NCBI GenBank assembly: GCA_048941015.1
Contig: JBHLNZ010000076.1
Coordinates: 1-13,526, forward strand
DNA: 13,526 nucleotides
Direction: 5' to 3'
From: Promethearchaeota archaeon
GTDB lineage: Archaea; Asgardarchaeota; Lokiarchaeia; Sigyniarchaeales; SOKP01
The notes under the pieces are model-generated. The model saw nothing but the letters and a program-made list of their open reading frames with translations, ran no database searches and had not been told where the DNA came from. Of this stretch, positions 1 through 7,706 are shown in pieces. The stretch's first letter is position 1. Each line of letters opens with the position of its first letter. The translations under genes were made by a program, and so were the position numbers.

Positions 1-1100
1 TCTCCATCTGGGCTGTATCCACTTCCTGTAACTTTAAAAGTTGAACCATTAGTCCATACATATTGGATACTCATTTGATTTTTAGTTAAAGTGCCAGTTT
101 TATCCGAGCATACTACGCTTACTCGACCTAAACTGTCAACCGAAGCAAGATTTCTTATTATAACGCCATGATGAGCCATAGTTAATACTCCGGTCAATAA
201 TATAATTGTTACTAAGAGTGGAATGTTGATAGGTAGTAGATCCATAGCAGAATTGAGACTTGTAACAATATCAAGTTCACCAGTAGCACCCCATACAATC
301 ATTAAAATCACAAACCAAAATCCAATAACAATTAATCCAAGCCATTTACCAAAATTATTCATTTTTTCTCGAATGGGAATTTCACTCATTCCAGCCTCTT
401 CTAAACCCTGCGAGATTTTTCCAATTTCGGTATCTTTCCCTATTTTTACCGCAATGGCAGTCCCATTCCCAGTAGTTATATAAGTGCCATAAAATACCAT
501 ATTATAACGATCTGATATTGGTATCTCCTCTTTAATAATTGCATTCCCTATTTGCATTTTCTTTACTGGCTCACTCTCTCCTGTCAAAGAGGCTTCGTTT
601 ATTTCAAGATTTGAAGCTTGAACAATTCTCGCATCTGCAGGAATTTTATCACCTTGCGTAAGTACTAATAAATCTCCAACAACTACATTTTTCGTTGGTA
701 CGTCCAATTTTTGTCCGTTTCTTATTACTGTTGTAGTGGGGGCGGTCATTTCTCTTAAGGCATTTAGCTTTTTTGTTGCTCGATATTGTTGAATAACAGC
801 AACTGCACAATTTAATGCAACGATGACTAACGTAAGAACTATAAATGTTAAATTTCCTTGACCTCCAAAAATAGCAGCTAAAAATAAAATTAAAGCTCCG
901 ATTAAATATATTACAATTAGCCAATTAAAAAGAGGAGCTAAGTAAATCTTAATAAATCCTTTAGAAGCTTTAGGAATTTCATTATATCCATAAATTTCTA
1001 AACGTTTATTAGCCTCTTCTCTTGATAAACCAGAGGAAGGATTAGTTTGAAATTTACTAAAGATTGTATCTAACTCTAAATTATAATAAGTCTCAACCAT
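1..1100 (-). CDS. P-type ATPase (P2A-like scaffold, atypical M4 motif PINIP); N-terminal 366 codons only, continues beyond the left edge
   Basis: Not in the ORF track because there is no stop inside the window. Manual translation from ATG at 1100: MVETYYNLELDTIFSKFQTNPSSGLSREEANKRLEIYGYNEIP...GDKIPADARI...NEASLTGESEPV...DTEIGKI...AMDLLPINIPLL (219..233)...VVCSDKTGTLTKNQM (DKTGT at 90..104). It has the A-domain TGES and the phosphorylated Asp (D333). Confidence 0.95.
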   Translation of the reverse strand, partial: MVETYYNLELDTIFSKFQTNPSSGLSREEANKRLEIYGYNEIPKASKGFIKIYLAPLFNWLIVIYLIGALILFLAAIFGGQGNLTFIVLTLVIVALNCAVAVIQQYRATKKLNALREMTAPTTTVIRNGQKLDVPTKNVVVGDLLVLTQGDKIPADARIVQASNLEINEASLTGESEPVKKMQIGNAIIKEEIPISDRYNMVFYGTYITTGNGTAIAVKIGKDTEIGKISQGLEEAGMSEIPIREKMNNFGKWLGLIVIGFWFVILMIVWGATGELDIVTSLNSAMDLLPINIPLLVTIILLTGVLTMAHHGVIIRNLASVDSLGRVSVVCSDKTGTLTKNQMSIQYVWTNGSTFKVTGSGYSPDG

Positions 1101-1258
1101 AAGAGATTCTCCCGCGACTTTTTACATTTTTTATTATTAATTTTTCTTAAAATGGAATGAATATAATAAATAGACTATAAGAATACTTATTTTTATTTTA
1201 TTTCTTTTTTATATAAAAAATGAATTATCAACAGGTAAATGATTAAATACGACTCAGA

Positions 1259-2056
1259 TTATTTCTTTTTTTTCAATTTAGCCAAGATTTTTCCCCAATC
1301 TATATAAACCAATAAGAATAAGATTATAATAGTTGCTGCCCAAATTAAGGAACTTTGTATAAGATCTAGTGTAGTGCTAGGAGGAATAATTCCAGATCTT
1401 GCAGCTTCGAGATTAATACCAAATAGTCCAAAAAGAAAGTTCCCTAGTGATGTATCTGCAAACCAGATAGGCAGAGCACTACAAAGAAAACATAGAACAA
1501 ACTTTCCAATAAAACAGAAAAATAATGCTTTTATGATACTATATTGAGCAAGACCAAGGACAATTAAAAATGCATCATCAGGGAGTGGAGTCGCAGCAAA
1601 TATAAATATTAGGAAGGGCGCCCATCCTTTCTCAACATAACTTTTCATGCGTTGAATACTTTCAGAATCTCCTATAATTCCTTTTGATCCTTTTCCTATT
1701 AACCATGCTGTTGTTTCACCGATACTCGCACCTAATCCCCCAACCAATCCTAATAGTATAGGATTTACTCCTGGTATTATCGCAGATATCACAATTAAAG
1801 CAATAGTATAAGGAACTGGAAAAATTATAGTAAAATTTCCAAATATACTGATTAGAAATACTCCAATATATATTCCCCAATCACCAAATTTAGTATAAAA
1901 CCACATAACAGCATTAGCAAGCCATTGTCCAAAATTGATGTTAAGAAATGCTAAAATTATGAATAAAGCAATGATTACACTGATAAATATCAAGCCACCG
2001 TATTTCATAATGAAACTTTTTTTTATCTCTGTTTCACTTTTTTGTTCTTGGTTCAT
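1259..2056 (-). CDS. DedA/VTT (SNARE-associated Golgi protein; VMP1/TMEM41/YqaA-like) family membrane protein
   Basis: 265 aa and highly hydrophobic. It has two re-entrant-loop type Pro motifs (GNFTIIFPVPY and FIFAATPLPDD), plus GGLGASIGETTAWLIGK and FFCFIGKFVL segments typical of the DedA superfamily core. Confidence 0.8.
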   Translation of the reverse strand: MNQEQKSETEIKKSFIMKYGGLIFISVIIALFIILAFLNINFGQWLANAVMWFYTKFGDWGIYIGVFLISIFGNFTIIFPVPYTIALIVISAIIPGVNPILLGLVGGLGASIGETTAWLIGKGSKGIIGDSESIQRMKSYVEKGWAPFLIFIFAATPLPDDAFLIVLGLAQYSIIKALFFCFIGKFVLCFLCSALPIWFADTSLGNFLFGLFGINLEAARSGIIPPSTTLDLIQSSLIWAATIIILFLLVYIDWGKILAKLKKKK

Positions 2057-2092
2057 AATATTCCCAAAATTTTTTGTTATCTTTTATAAGAT

Positions 2093-4936
2093 TCAAAATT
2101 TTATATTTTTAATTCTCGCAAAATATTTTACTATTTCAATCCCAAAAATACCTGGTAAAGCGAATAAGATGCATAAAAGCCAATCTGTTCCACTAAGAAA
2201 CATAAAATTGATTTGAAAATTCAAACCAAATACATCATTTATAAAATAATTAGTCACATACGAGAAACTAATGAATAAAATATGCAATGCTAAAGTAAAT
2301 AAACTAACAACCAATAATGATAATTTAAATTCTTCTCGGATACTTTTAATTACAGATTTGTTTGGTCTCCTAAATGACCAAATGAAATTAGTTTCAGCGA
2401 TATATAGGGTTGTAATAAACATTGTTCTCGCTTTTTGAGCTATTAAATCATTTGGAGTAGAACCTATTGGGATATAACTAATTTCTGGATTTAAATTCCA
2501 AGAATTTAATGGAAATAGTCCTCCCAAAGTTAATTGTAATATTAATACTAAACCTAAACCCATTAAAAATGCCTGAATCAGTAGCAAAATCCATGTATTT
2601 CTATTTAATAATTCTTCTTGATCATGCGGGGAATCTTTCATTATATCTAAAGGATATCTATCTATTACTAAAGCTAAAGATGGAAAAGAGTGGACAATTC
2701 CAAAGATATAAAGATGCTGCCAATCTGAACTGAATAATTCAAAAGCTGGTATGAATTCATAGGTAAAGAAAATTAGAGCTTCCATTATGTTCAAACAAAT
2801 GAAAAAATAAATAATTACACGGATTTTTGCAAAGAGGCCTCTTCCAACTTTTACTCCTTCGACAATTGAGGTGAAATTATCATCAGAAATGACCATGTCT
2901 GCTGTTTCTTTCGCAACATCAGTACCAGTTATTCCCATTGCTATGCCCGCATTTGCCAGCTTAAGCGCTAAAGCATCATTAATTCCATCTCCAGTCATCG
3001 CACAGATTCGATTCTGCTTTTGATAATTTTCAACAATTATTTCTTTATCAGAAGGAGCAACTCTTGCAAATACAGAAACTTTATTAAAATCTTCTAGATT
3101 TAGACTCGAAATCTGATTTCCCTCAATAACTAAATCACCTGGTTTATAAATTCTCATTTGTGCTGCAATTGTTTGAGCAGTTGCGGGGTGATCTCCTGTA
3201 ATCATAACTACTTTTATACCACCAGATTCACACTCTTCAACAGATTCTTTCACTCCTAACCTCGGAGGATCCAGTATTGAAAAAAAGCCTAAAAAGATTA
3301 GATCTTGTTCAACACTCTCTCTTTTAATATTGTTAAAATGATCTAGGTTTTTGTAAGTTATTGCTAAAGTTCTATATCCTTGATTTGCTCGTGTTTGGAT
3401 AAGGTTTAGTATTTCAGCTTTCTTTTTATTATTAAAATTTTGAACTTTCCCATTTATTTCAATTTTGGATGAAATTTCAAGCACTTGTTCTGGAGCCCCT
3501 TTAGTAAATGCATAGATTGCTTCAGAATCCTCATTATGTTTACAAATAGTTGTCATTTTTTTAAGTTCTGAGCTAAATGAGAATTCTTTAACAAATTGAT
3601 ATTTACTTTTAATATCATAAGTAATATAACCAGCTTTCTCAGCCAAGACTAAAAGAGATGCTTCTGTTGGTGAACCTAATGCTTTCCTTATAGCCATTTC
3701 CTTTCTATCTTTTACTCGGACTTTTACATCTTCATAAATCAGTCTTGCATTGTTATTTAATACACTAGAATCAATAAATCTTAGAAACGTGGCATCATGC
3801 TGTAAGGATATTTTCTCACCATTATTCATTATCATCCCTTCCGAATCATATCCAGACCCAATTACAGTGTATTCGACATCATTAATCCAAAATTTTTCTA
3901 CAGTCATTTCATTTTTAGTAATAGTCCCAGTCTTATCAGAGCAAATTACAGAAACCCTTCCGAGAGATTCAATCGCTGATAAATTTTTAATAATAACCCC
4001 ATTTTGAGCCATATTCAGAACACCTGTTATTAGAACGAGCGTGGTTAAGATTGGCAAATTAATTGGCATAATATTCATAGATCTCAAAATAGAGCGTGAT
4101 ACTGCCTGACTAATAAATGCTCCGAAAAATCTGCCTTCAATACCTAAAACTGCTAATTTATAGATTATCAATATTGTTAAATTAACAACAACGATAATTC
4201 CGAGTATATAACCTAGCTTATTGAGTTTTTTTGTAAGTGGTATTTCTTCAATACTTCCCATTTCATTTAATTGATTTGAGATTTTACCAATTTCAGTTTT
4301 AACTCCGATATTCGTAACTAAAGCTTTCGCTCGGCCAGTATATACATAAGTACCCATAAATAGCATATTAGATTGCTTTTGAATTGGTATATCTTCTTTC
4401 TTTATTAGAACACTATTCTTTTCTACAGGTTCACTTTCTCCCGTTAGTGGGGCTTCATCAATGCTTAAATTTACAGCATCAATAATCCTTGCATCAGCAG
4501 GGATTTTATTCCCCTGTTCTAATAATAGAATATCTCCTGAAATCAACTCTCTAGTAGGTATCTCAAACTGAGTTCCGTCCCTTATCACTGTTGCTTTTAA
4601 TGCAGCAATCATTCTCAGTGATTCCAAAGCTTTCTGTGCCCTAAATTGTTGGATAATAACAGTCAATGAATTTATAATAACTACTGTAAATGTTATTACA
4701 GTTGACCCTGGAGAACCTAATATTAAAACGAGGGTTCCAGAAATAATTAAAATAACAATTAAAAAATTAAATATCGGAGCTAAGTATATTTTCCATAAGG
4801 ATTTTTTAATCTTTGGAAGCTCATTATAACCATATTTTTTATATCTAAAATTTAGTTCAGAAATAGATAATCCATGATTAAGATCTGTTTGAAATTCATG
4901 TACCAAGTCTTTTATTGATTTATTATAGTAGTTCAT
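2093..4936 (-). CDS. P-type ATPase (P2A-like scaffold, atypical M4 motif PINLP); substrate uncertain
   Basis: 947 aa with GNKIPADARI, LTGES, CSDKTGTIT (D334), KGAPE, DPPR, MITGDH, FARVAP and MTGDGINDA motifs and about 10 TM segments. M4 reads MNIMPINLP instead of IPEGLP. Confidence 0.95.
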   Translation of the reverse strand: MNYYNKSIKDLVHEFQTDLNHGLSISELNFRYKKYGYNELPKIKKSLWKIYLAPIFNFLIVILIISGTLVLILGSPGSTVITFTVVIINSLTVIIQQFRAQKALESLRMIAALKATVIRDGTQFEIPTRELISGDILLLEQGNKIPADARIIDAVNLSIDEAPLTGESEPVEKNSVLIKKEDIPIQKQSNMLFMGTYVYTGRAKALVTNIGVKTEIGKISNQLNEMGSIEEIPLTKKLNKLGYILGIIVVVNLTILIIYKLAVLGIEGRFFGAFISQAVSRSILRSMNIMPINLPILTTLVLITGVLNMAQNGVIIKNLSAIESLGRVSVICSDKTGTITKNEMTVEKFWINDVEYTVIGSGYDSEGMIMNNGEKISLQHDATFLRFIDSSVLNNNARLIYEDVKVRVKDRKEMAIRKALGSPTEASLLVLAEKAGYITYDIKSKYQFVKEFSFSSELKKMTTICKHNEDSEAIYAFTKGAPEQVLEISSKIEINGKVQNFNNKKKAEILNLIQTRANQGYRTLAITYKNLDHFNNIKRESVEQDLIFLGFFSILDPPRLGVKESVEECESGGIKVVMITGDHPATAQTIAAQMRIYKPGDLVIEGNQISSLNLEDFNKVSVFARVAPSDKEIIVENYQKQNRICAMTGDGINDALALKLANAGIAMGITGTDVAKETADMVISDDNFTSIVEGVKVGRGLFAKIRVIIYFFICLNIMEALIFFTYEFIPAFELFSSDWQHLYIFGIVHSFPSLALVIDRYPLDIMKDSPHDQEELLNRNTWILLLIQAFLMGLGLVLILQLTLGGLFPLNSWNLNPEISYIPIGSTPNDLIAQKARTMFITTLYIAETNFIWSFRRPNKSVIKSIREEFKLSLLVVSLFTLALHILFISFSYVTNYFINDVFGLNFQINFMFLSGTDWLLCILFALPGIFGIEIVKYFARIKNIKF

Positions 4937-5062
4937 GATAGAAATTTCTGATTAAATAATTTTTAAGTAAAATTTGTACAGATTAAAACAATAATAATAA
5001 TTATAGATTTAAAACTTATTAAAACTATAACCTTTTTAATTTTGATAAAATAAAATGTCTAG

Positions 5063-6025
5063 TTAAATCTCAAGAGATTGAGGATCTCCTAATAGTTCTT
5101 TTAAAAAGTTAAATTTTTTTCTTATCGTAGTACTTGAAAACTTACTACTTTTTTCAATTAGACTCTGAGTAAAAATCTTACGATTATCTAAAGTTTGACC
5201 TATATAATAAATTAATCCTGCCGTAAATGCTTTGTAATTAAAATTTTGAATCTGCTCATAAGGTATTTTATTTAATATTTTATCTACTAATAATAGCATT
5301 TCAATTTTTAATTTACTATACTCATTCTTATCGGAGAGATGATCTTTTATTATTTCATAAGAAATATTATTCAAGTCTTTTTGGAAAACAATTTTTATTT
5401 TATTTTTTATCTCTTCTTCTATTTCTTCAGTTGTTTTGAACTTTTTTAGCATTTTCTCAGTCCTTTTGACTTTGAGCATCGCATTATTCAACATTTTTTT
5501 ATTAATTTTATGTCCTAATTCTCTTGCTGCTTTTATAAATTGCTCAATACGAATATTTGTAGTGTCTTTTATCTCCATCCAGACAATTGCCAGAAAAATT
5601 ATAACCATATTCTGGTAGGTGTGTCTATGATATTTATTATATTTAAGATAACGTTCTTTAATTTCTTGATATTTAACGTTATCGATATTTAAACCAATTC
5701 TATAGCTCTTTAATAATTCTATCGTTTTTTTCTGTTCAGAAAAGCTGCTCTGATAATCTTTAAACCATTTATCTAGAGTTTTTATCTTCTCATATTTTTG
5801 TTTAATTTTAGGATCTTGAATAGCTTTAGAATCTCCAAGTTTTATTCTTCTTTCATAATCTATTTGAGAATCTGATAAAAAATCTGATGCAGAACTCTCT
5901 TCAAATGCGATATTATCTTCAAAAATTAATCCACAATCTTGACAAACAAGAAAGCCAGAATCTTGCTTTATGTTAGAATGAGAACAAGTTGAAATATCCT
6001 TTTTTTCTTTATTCTTATTACTCAA
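5063..6025 (-). CDS. Divergent transcription initiation factor IIB (TFB)-like protein
   Basis: TTG start. N-terminal Zn ribbon C14-x-H16...C28-x2-C31-G (CQDCGLIFE). The C-terminal segment AFTAGLIYYIG...TQSLIEKSSKFSSTTIRKKFNFLKE resembles the second cyclin repeat/HTH of TFB. The middle is strongly diverged. Confidence 0.7.
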   Translation of the reverse strand: MSNKNKEKKDISTCSHSNIKQDSGFLVCQDCGLIFEDNIAFEESSASDFLSDSQIDYERRIKLGDSKAIQDPKIKQKYEKIKTLDKWFKDYQSSFSEQKKTIELLKSYRIGLNIDNVKYQEIKERYLKYNKYHRHTYQNMVIIFLAIVWMEIKDTTNIRIEQFIKAARELGHKINKKMLNNAMLKVKRTEKMLKKFKTTEEIEEEIKNKIKIVFQKDLNNISYEIIKDHLSDKNEYSKLKIEMLLLVDKILNKIPYEQIQNFNYKAFTAGLIYYIGQTLDNRKIFTQSLIEKSSKFSSTTIRKKFNFLKELLGDPQSLEI

Positions 6026-6167
6026 AAATAACTCAATTAATTAATTTTTTTTATTATCAATCGCTATTATTCAAAAAAAATAATATGTTAAATTTTTATT
6101 TAAATTTTTATAATAATTCATTTAAATTATTATTATTGTAAATTTAAAAAAGTAAAACTGAGAAATA

Positions 6168-6749
6168 ATGAATCAAAAACTTATTTTAAAATATCTTAAA
6201 TTATTCGGTTTAGGTTTTATAATTGTATCTTTAATTGAATTTATTGATATTATTTTACTGAGCACAGTCATTAGAATGAATATGGATGGTGACAATTTAT
6301 CTTTAATACAAGTATTATTTAACACAGGGTTAATAACAATAGATGGTGCATTTTTATGGATAGTTTTGATGATAATTCCTTTTATTTTCATTGCGTTAGG
6401 TTTTATCTTAATTAGTTTAGCCAAAAAAGAGAATTTGAATAGATCTATTCTTTCAAAAGATATCTTACTTATTGGGCTATTTCTTTTAGTAGGTTCTTTT
6501 ATTAAAATGGTCTATATCATATTATTAGCTAATATCAAATTGAACTTGGGAATTACTGTTGAATTACAACAAGTAATGTATAATCCTCTAATTACACCAT
6601 TTATAGGTGCTGTGATGTGGATTTATATCTATGGTACAACAAGTGGTTATTTGATTTCTGGTTTGATTTTTGGAGGGGTTGGATTAAAATGGATTTTGAT
6701 AATCGAAAAAGAAAAACCTCTTAAAATTAATGATAACAGTGCGAAATAG
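6168..6749 (+). CDS. Hypothetical membrane protein (about 4 TM)
   Basis: 193 aa ORF with ATG start filling the gap between the two TFB genes. It has four long hydrophobic segments and no recognised motif. Confidence 0.8.
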   Translation: MNQKLILKYLKLFGLGFIIVSLIEFIDIILLSTVIRMNMDGDNLSLIQVLFNTGLITIDGAFLWIVLMIIPFIFIALGFILISLAKKENLNRSILSKDILLIGLFLLVGSFIKMVYIILLANIKLNLGITVELQQVMYNPLITPFIGAVMWIYIYGTTSGYLISGLIFGGVGLKWILIIEKEKPLKINDNSAK

Positions 6750-6779
6750 AAAAAGAAAAGAAAATAAGAAAAAATTTCT
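6750..6779 (-). terminator. Putative archaeal oligo-T terminator for tfb
   Basis: The 30-bp gap between convergent genes reads on the minus strand as successive T tracts (TTTTTTCTTATTTTCTTTTCTTTTT) directly after the tfb stop codon. Confidence 0.45.
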
Positions 6780-7706
6780 TTAGAATAATTTACTTTTTAT
6801 TTGTTTTGCCCTGCTTCTTAATGTAACTTCTGTTATTTTTGCTACATCAGCAACGAGTGATTGAGTTTTACGAGAACCATGGTCCTTAGCGGAAATATAA
6901 ATACAAGCTGCAGCTAAACCTTTGGGATCTTTTCCAGTACGCTTTAAGCCATTTTCAGAAGCTTTTCTAAGCATATCGATGGCACACTTTTGAATGTTCA
7001 TTGGAAGGTTTAATTCATTACCAAATCTAAATACTAAACTTTCGGCTGTAATAGGTTGATAACGTAATCCTAATTCAGGTAAAACTTCCCTGATAATCAT
7101 TGCTAAACTTTTATGTACTGTTCTTCTTGGGGTTAATGAAGCCTCACATACTTCATCTAGTAAGCGAGGAAAGTCATGTACTCTAATTGCAGCATATAGG
7201 GAACCTGCGATAAATCCATTAATAGATCTACCCATAGTTAACTTTTTCTTAGCTACTATACTATAAACTTTCCAAGCAGTTTCAGAAATATATTCTGGGA
7301 TATTTAACTTAGATGTTAGCATCTTTAATTTAGGTTTGGCTTCCCAGAAATTTCTCTCAATGCTTGAAATAAGTGAATTTTGAATTTTTGATAATCTTGA
7401 AAATAATGCTTGTTCTTTTGGACCTATTGATTTCCCTTTAGAGTCAGTTTTAGTACTTGGTAGCATAGTACGAGGGCCAAAATCTCTCCATCTTGGTTCA
7501 GTTCTCCTCCTACTTTGGATTTCTTCTACCGTATATGCTCGTCTCTCATTACCTACATATGTTCTTTCGAAAATTACTCCGCAATTCAAACACACTTTAT
7601 TACCATCACGCTCTTCAATACATGGATCTTCGCAACACTCACTCTGGGGCAAATTTTCTTCAACATTTTTATTCCGTAGCAATAGATCGCGATAGTTATT
7701 ATTCAT
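6780..7706 (-). CDS. tfb: Transcription initiation factor IIB (TFB)
   Basis: 308 aa. Zn ribbon (CCEDPC...VCLNCG), B-reader-like ERRAY..EE..RRRT, first cyclin repeat (LTMGRSINGFIAGSLYAAIR) and second repeat (GKDPKGLAAACIYI...TQSLVADVAKITEVTLRSR). Confidence 0.95.
   Translation of the reverse strand: MNNNYRDLLLRNKNVEENLPQSECCEDPCIEERDGNKVCLNCGVIFERTYVGNERRAYTVEEIQSRRRTEPRWRDFGPRTMLPSTKTDSKGKSIGPKEQALFSRLSKIQNSLISSIERNFWEAKPKLKMLTSKLNIPEYISETAWKVYSIVAKKKLTMGRSINGFIAGSLYAAIRVHDFPRLLDEVCEASLTPRRTVHKSLAMIIREVLPELGLRYQPITAESLVFRFGNELNLPMNIQKCAIDMLRKASENGLKRTGKDPKGLAAACIYISAKDHGSRKTQSLVADVAKITEVTLRSRAKQIKSKLF

Noticed and set aside
223-924. ORFs 223..483 (+) and 649..924 (-)
   Set aside because: Both lie inside the edge-truncated P-type ATPase, one antisense and one in an alternative frame, and neither has motifs.
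2084-2095. TGA read-through (selenocysteine or fusion) from the ATPase into the DedA gene
   Set aside because: An in-frame TAA follows two codons after the TGA. The aor TGA at 10287..10289 is likewise at the natural C-terminus and is followed by T-rich non-coding sequence.
1935-4007. ORFs 1935..2216, 2509..2733 and 3750..4007 (+)
   Set aside because: These are antisense shadows of the DedA and ATPase genes with no recognisable domains.
2093-4936. Default annotation as a Ca2+-transporting ATPase, or conversely as a bona fide P4-ATPase
   Set aside because: The Ca2+ ligands equivalent to E309, N796, T799 and D800 are absent. It also lacks the P4 DGET motif and M5 lysine, and no CDC50-like gene is nearby. 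Neither label is supported.
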